Program-made: the position numbers and the translations under genes
DNA from: Takakia lepidozioides
Lineage: Eukaryota; Plantae; Bryophyta
DNA length: 64,000 nucleotides
Assembly: GCA_030704615.1 (NCBI GenBank)
Contig: CM060732.1
Span: 37,634,001-37,698,000, forward strand
Direction: 5' to 3'
Shown: piece by piece, positions 29,501 through 42,400 of the stretch
Numbering within the stretch: position 1 is the first letter of the stretch
Layout of the letters: the number at the start of each line of letters is the position of its first letter
The notes under the pieces: model-generated
What the model saw: the letters and a program-made list of their open reading frames with translations, nothing else
Databases searched by the model: none
Told to the model about the DNA's origin: nothing

Positions 29501-30937
29501 TACTAAGTTGCCAAGTTAAACAGAAGAACCTTCAAAGCTGACCTTTGCATCAAGCCTACATAACTCCTACTGAAAGGTGGGGTACCTCAGCTTGCAACAA
29601 GGGCAGTTCAGATAAAACCCTCTCTGGCAACTCTTGCTGGTGACCATGGACATAATACCCAATACCTAAAGCTTGCTTGGTGTTTTGAGCCTCACATAAC
29701 CTTTGGTAAAACTAAGTTGCTATTATCCATCTTCAACTAATATCTAAACCCCACGCACTTTTTGAAGACCAATGAGAGCTCTCACCATTTGTGGCTGCAA
29801 TTGATTCCCCGTTCTCTTCTTCAAACTCTCCTTCAACCTGTCAAACGACGAGGCAAGAAGCATTGTGTCACCATAGTCTGCAGTGCAAAGACAACATATT
29901 TTCAGATGTCCATTGAGGAGGAATTGGTCTGAACACCTTGCCCCGTATTAAAAAACCTAATGGAAAACACGTACAGGTTTCTTTTTCTTCTTTTTCTTCA
30001 AGCCAGCAAAGGCCGAATCCACACCATCTGTAACTGCAACCCACCAACATAGAGTCACATAAAAGCTTCCACTGAAGGGAGTCCTTGGCATCTCCTATAC
30101 TCCAAGCCAGGCTCCTGAAGGTGAGAGTGTATCAGACGAATGGCTTCATTTGACACGTAAATATACAATTCCACCTGCAAAAACACCCCTGATTCGTTCT
30201 GCTCCATGCATACAACAGTACATATCTAGAATCTACAGCCTCAACAAGAAGTGGAGCTAGCTACCTTCAAATCCAAGCATATGAATGAAAAACGAGCCTC
30301 AAGATGATTGCTTGAATCTCAAACCTCATGTATTTTAAGGCAAAATCAGATGACACAGGGAACCAGGAGAATGATTTAGCCCTCCTTACCGGATATAATT
30401 TCCACTTTCTCTGTCACCTTTTCCAAAGCTTCAATATCCTCATCCTCTCGAACTTTTTTCTTCTTTTTCTTCTTGGTAGGATCGAAAGGCCCAATCTGCA
30501 CACAGCAAACTCCTTCATTTAAGAAAACCAGAATGTAGTCCGTGATAACCTCCTTTCTCCCCTTGTGCAGTGATTCACCCTAAAGTGAGACTGCCAAGGT
30601 GACAGCTCACGAATAAATGCAAACGGTGAAAACATAGTCGCCTTCCTTCATAGACTTCCCTTCCCAGAGCATCATTGACATACATCGTGCAAATGTCAAA
30701 TCGGACAGCATCTTGGATGGAAGAGTCAGATAATAGAAGCACTAGAACGACACCAATACAAGAGAACAACGACGCAAAACAAAATGCCCCATTAGAACGT
30801 TCATCACCTTCCACTAAGTCTAAGATCAGAATGGAAACACTCCACCCCATCCGCGCAGAAGCACACTGTCTCACCTCCGCAGAAAATTCCTCCTTCAATT
30901 CATGGGCAGTTTCATCGTGCTGCTCTTCCTCCGCCAT
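26580..30937 (-). CDS. eIF2-beta: Eukaryotic translation initiation factor 2 subunit beta
   Basis: MAEEEQ.. start, poly-Lys tracts, [96 protein letters not shown], zinc finger [31 protein letters not shown], stop at 26580-26582. Confidence 0.95.
26745..26912 (-). mobile_element. Degenerate tRNA-headed SINE-like remnant in an eIF2-beta intron
   Basis: Minus strand reads TTGCCCAGTGGTTAGGGCA (box A-like) and GGGTTCAAA (box B-like) at tRNA-like spacing. The 3' end is uncertain. Confidence 0.4.
28626..29135. repeat. Three diverged tandem ~200-bp units in an eIF2-beta intron
   Basis: tggcatcag(c/t)tgacaa..caggtgaatcatcgatt recurs at about 28626, 28824 and 29051. Confidence 0.75.
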
Positions 30938-31327
30938 GACTTCTATCCCACTCTGAAACTTGTGAAGCTAGATCTCAGTAACCCAAATGTCTGTTTTCTC
31001 TCCTTCATGCAAATGTACATGCAAGCTTTCCGTTATATCAGGAATATGGCGGCAGCTACAAAATGTTCACAGGATCTCTCATCTCCCAGTCCACCTCTCC
31101 GGATAAAACCGTACAAGGACGAGGGCTTACCTTCAAATCTACCCAGTCCAGATAGGGTTTTCAAGTAACACCATCTAGGAACCTATAAGACACCATTGGG
31201 AACATCATGTACCATGGGAACGACACTAAAGGGGGGAGGGACTAGGGACAACAGAGGAAAGATTCAGCTCCTAAGTTACAGAGACAACAGGAAGATTGCG
31301 GTGTGTGCAAAGAGTCAGAGAGAAGAC
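30938..31327. promoter_or_regulatory. Probable bidirectional promoter/5' UTR region of eIF2-beta and DSS1, with a telo-box
   Basis: Divergent ATGs only ~390 bp apart. TAGGGTTT (reverse complement of AAACCCTA) at 31153-31160. Confidence 0.55.
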
Positions 31328-32130
31328 ATGGCGGCTGCTGCCACAGAGACGGTCCCGAAGGATGCGACGGAAGATCCCAAGCTTGACGTGTTTGAAGACG
31401 ATGATGAGTTCGAGGAGTTCGAAAACGAAGGTTACAGACCATCTCTTTCCTCTCTTTGATGGGTTTGGTGGTTGATTTCAAAGTAGTAGCGTTTGTCTCA
31501 ACAGTTGTGGAAATCATGGTGATATGGTTGGTCGGAAGGTCTCCTTATGGTTTTCCGGGGTGCTACTCAAGTCCCCTTCGACAAAGGAATGTGTTATCGG
31601 TGCAGCTCTTTGCAGCTTTTTCATAGAAGAATCCAAGGTTTTTTGGACGATGTTACGGGGAAGATTATGTACACAAAGTTCTCTCGCCATGCGGCTTGTC
31701 CAGTATGTTGCTTCAAAAGCACTCCTCAATCCCGTGCCACTAGGGTTTTAAGCTGTGAATGCTATGGCAATTTCATTCTGAGGAAACACCCACTGCGGGC
31801 TGTGGAGGATTGCTCCCCTGGGCATTTGTATAACCGAGTCTGCAGGAACTTTCTCAGGGAACAGTCTATTCATCCCTTTGTTCAAACCTTGACACCTAGG
31901 TTTGGGTGTTACTGTCTCTTCAATCCTTTTCAATACCAAAAAAGTTGTTTTGGAACAGACAGAGCAGGTTACAGTCCTAATTAGAACTGGATTGGGCAGA
32001 TTGGGACGATAAGGAAGAAGGCAAGGAAGTTGTGCAGCAATGGGAAGACGAATGGGATGATGATGATGTTACTGATGACTTCTCCATCCAGCTGCGCAAG
32101 GAGTTGGAGTCTGCCACAATGGAAAGTTGA
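31328..32130 (+). CDS. DSS1: DSS1/SEM1 (26S proteasome subunit RPN15), 2 exons
   Basis: Exons 31328-31430 and 32000-32130 give [58 protein letters not shown]..*. Confidence 0.95.
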
Positions 32131-33373
32131 ATGCAAATAGTCAGATCTAGAAAAAAACTTTTATCCCTGTTAAACCCTCTTTTGAAAAATGAAAAATTCA
32201 AGAGAGAAGATGGGTTCAGTAGACAAGCTTGAAACTGCTTACCATGCAGTGCTAAGTCAGTCTATTTTCGCAGTTGAGAGTTAGCTTCCAAGACGAAATG
32301 CGCACGGACATTAAAGGGAGTCTTTGAATTATGAAAAGTCAAGGCTCGCCAACAGAAGTGAGTTTCATTCAGGGTGGAGCCTGTTGAAGGTTTTCATGTG
32401 ACTGCATCATCAAATTTTGAGGGAGGGACCAATCAACTCTCTATGTCCTGGTGTTCTTGTTAACAATTATTTGCTTTCATCTCCTTTGCGTTAATAATGG
32501 GTAAGTTTGCGCACTACTGGAAACTTGACCCAAGTTACTGGTAACAGTCTTTATAGGACTACAGTACCTTGCAGAGGACCCCATAACTCTGCAATAAGCT
32601 GATTGACCGGCATGTTTGGACCAAATTTGTCTATAGCAGTCTCTGCGAGTGGCATGGTTTTCTGTGAAAGTTTATGATACCCTCATCTTCTATTCATTCC
32701 CCTTGGTGATTTTTTCCTTCAGAGTTGTTCTCCTAAATGGATCAGAGAGGTGCTGGTGGGCTGTGTGGGCTTTTGGGGGTAGCTGGAAAGGGGGGAAATA
32801 TTTTGTTAATGTAGTAGGTACTGCTCCAAGGTGCAGAGACCCTTTCCTTTTTCCTGGAGCCCTGATGCTCCTGCTGGCCCAGCTTATGGGCATGGGAAGG
32901 TCCCAATGTGGACTGTACACAGATATTACTGCTGAGGGATCCTTTCAGGAGTAACAAGTTGCATGCCACCTTCAAGGCTGTACAGTTACGGGGCATTGCT
33001 TCCACGGACTTAAATTTCCGAGTATACCAACCTACTATGTATCCTTAGGCAATGAGGTACAGGCAGCATGCAGGTCAACAAGTCACACATGCTAAGAAAA
33101 ATAGGTCCCTCCACAACTGGACTATGATGACATCCCTCTAGTAACTTCAATCCCTATGAGACCTCACATTGACCAGGTAGAGCAACAGCAACGTAAAGCA
33201 GTGATCGCAATAGCTGGGACCTTACACCAGGTCGGCATTGCTCAACTAAACAGAACTTTCCAAAGGGAGCCACAGGCAAACACCCAAACAAGAATCCTGA
33301 CCGAGGTCGCTGCTTATAGAAGTAGGTACTTACAGTCACTGTGCATTCAACGCTGCTGACGCCCCTGAGGGGT

Positions 33374-34650
33374 GTTTTTTTTTTTTTTTTTTTTTTTTTT
33401 TTCCCCCCCCATGAACAGGGGATTGTAGCCCTGATAAATTTTATTGAAAGGTAAGGAAAAATTAACCTTACAAAGAGCCATAAGGGAGATTAATGAGGCA
33501 CCACTCCTACAAGGGAGGGGAGAGGAGAGAGGGAAACAGAGTAGAGTCACCTCAAAGATCCAAGCACTAACCTGCAAGCCAGAAGGGAGGCTTCAGGGAA
33601 TCAATCCAATCCAAAGCTACCAGAGAGCCAGAGTTCAGCTAGTCCATCAGAACTATACTAAACCTAACCAATCAAATAACCTGAAACCAGCGAATCCTAA
33701 GGCTACCAGAAAAGAGACAAGGAAATAAGAGACAGGGGGATCCAAAGATCCATCAACAGCCAACCACGGCACTAATTAGTAGCTGCCCCTTTTCCTTTTT
33801 GGTCCATCAGCATATGAAAGGTTCCAGCAACAAAAACATGCTTCTAAAGAAAAACTACTTGCTAGTGTGGTGTGAAAAAGGGGGGCTACGTAAAACACCC
33901 AGACATTACCCTTTACAATGTTGTGTTCATATTCCGCACCTGCTGCCCCGCAGCGGAAGAGAAAGGAAGTTGGGGCTCATGTCGATTATGGGCGAACTCA
34001 GTGATTGCGTACACCAGGGCTTCACCACATTCCAGCAGCAGCATCACCCCCCGGGAGAATTGCCCATGGGGTTCCATCAATTACTAGCACCAGGTATCAC
34101 CACTCCATCATGTGGTCACAGGCTCGTGAAGCCCATACTACTCTCACATTTCTTCTTTCCCTCCCTCTCAATTCTATTAGTTCTCCCTCAGCGCTTGTCA
34201 TTCAAGACATCCCTAAGGTAGAACCAGCACTCCAACGCAACCACCTGACACATTTGGGCAGCTGAGAACATCACCGGAATATGAGCAGAAGGCAGAAAGG
34301 AATCGCCCTATACCAAAAGCTCTAAGGGAACAGCCCACAACAACCCTAATGCATAACTAGGACGAGAAAGCTGACCCTGATCACTGAAATGCCTAAGTAC
34401 GCATCAATTACCAGCTCAAACCAGAGTATCCCTACTGCCATGCGGCAGTTTGGGTTACAACAGCAGGGTTCTTCAATTCCTAAAACCAGAGTACTACTCC
34501 AGAATCAAGTCATCTCCCCTTTTAATTCTCCAGCCCTCACATCATCTCATCCTTTCATCAAAGATCGCAGCCCAAGGCCGCTGCCCACTGGTAGTATTCA
34601 AGAATTGCCCAAAGCTGCCAGACTCCATTTCTGACACACAAACAGGATGC
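33374..34650 (-). mobile_element. Probable decayed L1-like retroelement 3' end with poly(A) tail
   Basis: About 28-nt poly(T) on + (poly(A) on -), preceded on - by an AATAAA and a pyrimidine-rich UTR-like tract. Only fragmentary Trp/Cys-containing peptides remain; the 5' limit is uncertain. Confidence 0.35.
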
Positions 34651-35973
34651 AGCTAACAAGCTCTACATATTAACCGCCAATTACAAAGAGAGCGCCGCAA
34701 TGCCTTGGTCATAACCGATGTGCACACAGCTCGTGCCTAAACCTTGAATTCGTGAAGTGTATCTTCACGCACTGCTGCTCTGATCGCACCCGTCCTATAG
34801 ACATGCAGACAGACTAGCCCGGACGAACGTCGTGCATAACGGATGCACCCACTCATCCACGGGATTCATCACCCCGGAAAATCATCCACGCAGAGAACCC
34901 ATTTTCACCACACTAGCTCTTCCACCTTCTCTCTCTCATTGGGGGGACTGGATCATAACAAGTTAGTATCACGTAGAGGGGCATAGTGGGACTTGGTTGG
35001 TATGCTTACTATATAATGAGATGGACCAAATTCCTCACTGGTCCGCTCTATTTGGACGGACCCCGCTGGAATCATTAAATACATGCAGGTCGCCAGGTCC
35101 AGCAAGCTTAATGACAATATTATTTCGTTCTCGCTTCATCCAATTTTTCAAGAACTCCGCACCCCCCGTGGGTACTTTTTTCATTAAATTAGGTGGGCCA
35201 TGTCAAGATTCACTTAGAGTTGACATTTTCTGCGGCAAGTCATAATTATGGTTAGCCATAGTCTTGGCTAGTGGTAAATATTTTTAATAAGTCTCAAGCT
35301 TTATTATTATTATTATTATTTTCCAAACTCGACGATTAGGAGTTACCATATTGCTACATTTTGTTTTCAAAGTTCATCTTTTTAAGTGCAGATTATTCCC
35401 ATATTTCGTCTACTCCAAGGGCAGAATTTTAAATATGCATTCTCTCTTAAAGTGAATTAATTAATGACGAAATAGAACTACCTTCACTACTTTAAAATAC
35501 CACTCTACCCTCATCTCGCGGGCTGAATAAGGGGCCAAGGTTTGAAAGGGGGTGTGGGGATTAGAGAGTGGTCCAGGAATTATGAAGCAGGAGTTATAGT
35601 AAGCTACAGCAGCAGGAGTTCAATTAATAACTGTCATGTAAGGGGTGGGAAAATAAAAATGCAGGAAGATAAGACCTATTACATAGGGGATGGTGCATGG
35701 TTAGATTGGGGTCAGGCATGGTGGTTTCGGTTTGACGTGTGTTAGGGCAGCTTTCTAGAAGGTCCCACTGCCCCTCTAGGCTATATAAAGAGAGCCAGGC
35801 TCTCATCCCCTGCATCTTACTATCTATTTTTATTACTTACTACATACTAGTATTTAGGGGGCTCTGCACAGGCAGGCACCAAACAAATGCAAACCATGAC
35901 ATAATAAATTAATAGAAGTAGAGGTAATGATGAATAAATAAATAAACCCCCCCCCATCTAATGAATATGGAAG

Positions 35974-36178
35974 CACATCGGATGGTAGCTCAACTGGTAA
36001 GTGCACAGTGTGTCGCCCTGGTGGTTCAGGGTTTGAATCCGCTGCCCTCTGCGGTGTGTGTGACCGGTTTGGTCTGGTGGTGATGTTCCCACCTGTGTGC
36101 CTCATGGCTTATCGAAAGGGGGTTAATTTGTCCGGGCCTGAATTGTGAGCAGTCGCTCCCAGGTTTCCTTTTTTTTTA
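35974..36178 (+). mobile_element. tRNA-derived SINE-like element upstream of ThrRS
   Basis: TGGTAGCTCAACTGG (box A), GGTTTGAATCC (box B), shared tail gggcctgaattgtgagcagtcgctcccaggtttcc, then a T-run. Confidence 0.65.
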
Positions 36179-36448
36179 AAGAATTTAAAAAAAAAGGAAA
36201 CTATTGACAAGAGGTGCAGGAGATGACAATGGGAAAATAAAAAACAAACAAACAAAAAAAACACAAACTTCCATGTCAAAGGTCTCCCGGGGAAGATAAG
36301 AAATAAGAAATTTAAAAATAGAGCCACGCTGGCAACAGGGCAAAACCCTAGTTAGGGTTAGGCGACTCCTTGGCGTGCCGGGTCTCCGTGTTCCCTCTTG
36401 TCCAGCGTCTCGCGGGTATGTAAGTGGGTGTGTATTCGAAAGGGAAGT

Positions 36449-39400
36449 ATGGCTGATGCGGGGGCAGAAAGCAATGGGGCGCCTCTGGGGCCCGCCTCGC
36501 TCTCCAGTGACGAAGTATTGAAGAAAAGAATAGCGATGTTTGTGGAAATTCAAGCTGCACAGAAGCTTGATTTGGAGGCAAAAGGGGGCGAGACAATCAA
36601 GTGCGTGTTGCATTGTGTTCTTCTCTCTTCATCTGTTATTGTCAGCTCACATTCCGGATCCTTATGGTTTTTCTACTGGCTGATGGTTTTTGCAGAATTA
36701 CAATGCCTGATGGTGCAGTGAGGGAAGGGAAGAAGTGGATCACTTCCCCCATGGACATTGCCCGAGGGATTTCCAAAAAACTCGCGTCATCGGCCATGAT
36801 TGCAGAGGTCCGGTTCTACTTAATCGAAGCTTTTCCCCATGGACAATGCAAACTTTGCGATCCTCTTTGGGTGGGCAAGTGGAGACTCCAATCAGTATAG
36901 CAACGTAGTGTGGATTGGTGCTTGTCAAAGGGTCCTACAAGAGTCATCCTGCAGCTGCTATTATATTTCGGAACTATGTAGAGAAGTTCGCAAGTGGTTA
37001 CTGACCACCACTTCTTATCTGATTAATGCAGGTTAATGGTCTCCTTTGGGATATGACGCGACCACTGGAAGGAGATTGCAAGCTGGAAATTTTTGCCTTC
37101 GACACTGACAAAGGTCGTGACACATTTTGGCATTCAAGTGCTCACATCCTCGGCCAGGTACGATGATGTTACTCGGTAGTAAAGAAACCTACCCTTCGAG
37201 CGTAATGATTGTCTCAGTGCACGAATTGCATGTCTTGGCAGCCACCAAAGGCTAGATAGTTGTGTTATTCATTCACCATAAGGCTTGTGATGAGTTCAAC
37301 TAGTCTTAAACCATCATACATTTGGAGCATCTTTGTTTGCTGGGACTTTTGGTAGACCAATTTTCCAACCCAGTTTGCACCAAGATTTCTATAGGTGTAT
37401 AGTGTCAGTAAATACTGTCTGGTTATAGTCATACGTGCTTCTCCAAGTAGTGGGTTGGTTTATGGATGTCTGTTGCTCTTGTGGTTGATGCTGAAAATGT
37501 TCTATCCTTCTTCTCCTTTTAAATAGTCATTGCAGTGTGGTGGATGGATTGCAGTCACTGGAGTTGGCGTATGGATGCAAGCTGTGCATTGGACCTTGCA
37601 CAACACGAGGGGAGGTTAGTTTGTTGTGAAGTTCCCTTTGTCTCATTTTTAAAAGTTGAATATGGGTTGATCTCCTAAATTTGGTGGACTTTGAAAGAAA
37701 ACACTAACCAACCTCTTATGCTTGCAGGGGTTCTACTATGACGCATTCTATGATGGACTCACACTTAATGAGAAAGAGGACTTTGACCGAATTCAAACAC
37801 AGGCCAACAAGGCCGTCAAGGTTGGCACCCTGATCCACTGCAGTTGAGAAGCTTCTAAATCTACCATCAGACCTTCGCCCAGTGTTCCTCCTTTTCTTGC
37901 CTTCATCTTGGTTATCTTGGCCGGGTTGCCACAGGGTCTGTCCAGGAAGAAGCATCTATGTCTTTGCTCATCGAGCGAGTAAGTGTGGCGTAAATTGCCG
38001 ACTTACATAAGATCCTAGTAAAATATTTTCCACTTACACTCTTATATTCCTTGTGGATTCTAAAAGGTGGTGCCATGCTGTCTGCTCACTCAGGAAAACC
38101 AACCTTTTGAACGTATTGAGGTGACACGGCGGCAAGCACTTGATTTGTTTGCTGAGAACCAATTTAAGGTAATCCTTTGCTGATTCATAGCCTCACGTAG
38201 TCTTTTTGGAGGTTGTGTTTGGAAGCTGCTAGCACTGTGAGGCCAGGATGTCTCTGAGAGCTTACAATAGCTATATAGGCTTGAGTCAGGTCAGTCTGTA
38301 GTCATTTGAAATTCAATGTATGTGGATGCAGGTAGAAATTATCAACGAGTTACCGGAAGATAAAACAATTACCGTGTACAGATGTGGCCCTTTGGTGGAC
38401 TTATGCCGTGGGCCCCACATCCCCAGCACAAGCCATGTGAAGGCCTTCAGTTGTTTGAGGGTAAGTTCTCTCGATTACATCCAATTTCATGGCTCACTTT
38501 CCTTTGAGGTTCGTTTCAGGGGTTAATCATTTGTTCACTCAGCCGCTCTTTCACAAGTGCATCTCTTGAGGCCAGTAAGTATTTTCCAGACTCCTGAGAT
38601 TCTCCATATGTAGGCTTTCTCGATAGTATGAACACTGGGGTAAAAATTCCTTAAAACTTATATGCAGGCATCAGCATCTTATTGGAGGGGAAAAGCTGAT
38701 CGAGAGAGCCTACAGCGTGTGTATGGAATTTCTTTTGATGATACCAAAAAGCTCAAGGTATGTACTGAATTGTGAAATTTTTCATGAAGTCTTGGTGAAT
38801 TGTATCAGTGTGCTAAAGAAATTTACCCTGTACAGAAGGTGAAGGAGCAGTAGTCCTTTCTTGCTTTCTTGGGTGAAGGAGAGAAGCAAGTGACATATGC
38901 ATCATATGTGCAGGAGTACCTGCACCGTCTTGAGGAAGCCAAGAAGCGGGACCATAGGAAGCTTGGCCAAGCTCAAGAGCTTTTCTTCTTTCATGAGTTA
39001 AGGTACCTCCTTTAGCTCATGTTGACATTGAAGTTGATTAAGTGGGGTTTCAAAGGCGACTTTATTTACCACCAGATGCATATAACCATTTGTAACTTAG
39101 CTGACAGTTTGCACTCCATTTGGGGACATCCTGATGCTTGTTCTCGAAGACAATGACAGTTGGAACTTTCACCTTCCAACTGGTTGTCACATATGCTCTT
39201 GGATCTGTCCGGCAAGTTCAACAGTATGGATTCATCTTGGGTCTCTGTTGGTCTGTTGTCCTCTTCCTCTTGACTTGTTTCAGCCCAGGAAGCTGTTTCT
39301 TTTTACCTCATGGGACAAGGATCTACAACAAGCTTCAGGCATTCATTCGTGGCGAGTACAGAAAACGAGGTTATGAGGAGGTATGTCTATGCCTACAAGC

Positions 39401-42400
39401 TTGAACAAAAACTTGTATTTCTCTCTTGTTTTCCTCTCTTGGTTTCAGTCTTAGTTCTTGTTTGTCCCATGGTCCCTCTAGAAGACCCCTTGGATGTCAT
39501 AAGTCTCCTCTTTTTCTCTTGTCTCTCACCCTCTGACTGGGTGCTAGGTTGACAAGCACGAGGCATCGTTGGGTTACATTGTCCACCCTCCCCTGGATGC
39601 TTATTGTAGCTGGATTGTGGGTTTCTTGAGTATGTGGTAAAACTGTCAGTGCTTTATCAGTGTTAGTCGTAAACAATTTAATTAGAGCACCAGCAAGCAG
39701 AAGGACCCTCTTGCTTAAGTAGTGTGTCAGAAGTGTATGCTGCATATGTCTCCTGATGCTTTCTTTATCCTCTTTGTGAGGAAGTTGACATGTTAACCTG
39801 AGGAGCGCTGATTGGATCATCGACATGTGGGATGCAACAGGTGGTGTCTCCAAACATGTTCAACATGAAGTTATGGGAGACATCTGGACATGCTGCCAAT
39901 TACAAGGAGGACATGTTTGTCTTTGAGGTCCATTCTCTTTCCTGTGGGTATCTTCAAATTTACGTCCTGGGTAAACAAGCATTTATTTGATTGTGTGGTC
40001 AGATAAATATGCTGCATGTTGTGTTGAATGGATGTTCTAGTGCTCGCCTCACCTAGTTGCAGTCACAAAGTCCTTTTGGATTTTTTCCTTTCTCTAGACC
40101 TCGTGTTGTTCATTTGTTCAGGTTGAAAACCAGGAGTTTGGATTGAAGCCGATGAATTGCCCCGCCCATTGCCTTATGTTTGATCACCGTGTTCGGTCCT
40201 ATCGAGGTGCAGTCCAATAGTTCTTCTGTTCACTAAGAAATAAATTTCTAGTGGAAATGTCATTTTGTAACCAAGATAGGGAGGTCTACCACTTGTCAGT
40301 TTGTATTTCATTATTCATGAAACATGCAGTTACTATAGGTGAGAGAGAGGAAAGAAAGGCAAAGAAAACTTGTTTTGGTCCAGTGCATATATCCATATGG
40401 TTCAGTCCACTTAGGATACTGTGGTGTGGTGGTTGTGGGTGTTCTAGAGCTGCCACTTCGGCTTGCGGATTTTGGGGTCCTTCATCGGAATGAGATGAGT
40501 GGTGCCCTATCCGGCCTGACACGTGTCCGTCGATTTCAGCAGGTAAATATGGGCTAACTGTATTAGTTGGTGAAATTGTCTGAGGGAAAAAAAGGCACCT
40601 TCTTGCCTGTCATGGTGGAACCAATTGGTACCAAGAGTTTCTCCAATACTATGGTCGCGGATTGTACTGCCATCAACTCTCCTTTCCGTGCTGAGAAGAA
40701 ACTGACAACAAGTTTTTGTTTGTGGCATTTTGTCGCAGGATGATGCACATATTTTCTGCATGGAATCTCAGGTACTCCTGGGATTTTACTTGCTCGAGTT
40801 TGTAGCCAGAGAATCTCAGATTGATAGCAAACAAAAGATGTGGAGAGGTCAGAAGATGGAATAGTAGTGGCACTCCAGAGCCGGTTCTGGACTTACCGCT
40901 TTATTCTAGCTGCTCTAACTGTGCAATAGGAGCTGGCTATGTTCGGTTTGATGCTTTCGAAAAGATTTGCTTCTCTCTGAGCAGAGTCTTATTTCAAAGT
41001 CGGGAATAATGGTTTACTGTCCTCATTGTAATGCCTACACAGTGAACATGCAGATTACTTAAGGAATATGCAGTATACTCTGACTTCAGCCTAGTGCCCA
41101 ATCTCAGGTCCCCTTCAGATAGTCCTTCAGCTCCAGTTGTTCTTCACAAGCTGTGAGAAAGTGCAGGGTAGTGCCTGATTTCTTACCGCTTTATTCTAGC
41201 TGCTCTAACTGTGCAATAGGAGCTGGCTATGTTCGGTTTGATGCTTTCGAAAAGATTTGCTTCTCTCTGAGCAGAGTCTATTTCAAAGTCGGGAATAATG
41301 GTTTACTGTCCTCATTGTAATGCCTACACAGTGAACATGCAGATTACTTAAGGAATATGCAGTATACTCTGACTTCAGCCTAGTGCCCAATCTCAGGTCC
41401 CCTTCAGATAGTCCTTCAGCTCCAGTTGTTCTTTTCAAGCTGTGAGAAAGTGCAGGGTAGTGCCTGATTTGTGTTGAAGATGAGCTGGCACTGCAGGCTT
41501 GAGGATTAGGTGACTTTTCGAGAGAATTACTCATTCTACATTATTTGCTGTAGTGTTGTTGCCATACAACCCATGTGCAGTTTGGGCAGAACAAAGAGAG
41601 AACCGCCACTACCTTTGTGAGGGGTTCGCTCCAGTAATGGGACTTACCTTGATCTAAACAGTCAGCTCAGCTTTCCAGACTTCCTCTAGAAAGCTCTTGG
41701 CACAAGCATCAATCTGCTTTGTGTGAGCTGCCCAGCAGCTAGACTCCAACAGGGCCAGAGAGCTTTAGGCTCAGCCTCAAGATTTTGAAAGGTGGTGAAC
41801 AGAGGTGTAGGGACTATGCTCTTGATGGTCCTGAAGAGGGTCGCTCTCTGATGAGAATACCCTGGACATTGTAGCAGGACTGTGTGTGTGAGAGATAGAG
41901 ATAGTGTAAATATGGCCAAAGACGAGAGTAAACTGGATAGTGTTGAAACAATGGAAAATATCAGCATTTACTTTGTATGACTTTCTGACGGGTTGTAGTG
42001 ATGTTGTCTACTCTTGTGTATCCTGGGACAGCCTTTGGCCCGTGTCTTTGAAATCTTGCAAGGGTACATTGAGGGGAGTCTTAGCAACTGTAGTGCGCCC
42101 TCAAATGCTTCTTTTGTACTCAGGCTAGCTAAGCAACCTTGGGCTGCCTGTGCTTGCTTACGTTGATAATTGTGGCCAGGAAGCCCTGGTGGGTAAATGA
42201 GTCACCAGTTATGTCGTTTGTCCCGTACACATTCTAGATGAATCATTTCACAACAGGTTGAGTTTCATTTCATCATTTGATGTTTCTGGCAGGTGTCAGA
42301 GGAGGTGAAGAAGGTGTTGCAATTTGTGGATTATGTTTACACTGTTTTTGGCTTCACATTTGATTTGGTCCTCTCTACGGTAATCGTCCGTCTGATTTTC

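Noticed and set aside
35003-35272. Possible small Helitron (ctatataat start, CTAGT end)
   Set aside because: No clear 5' TC and no GC-rich subterminal hairpin.
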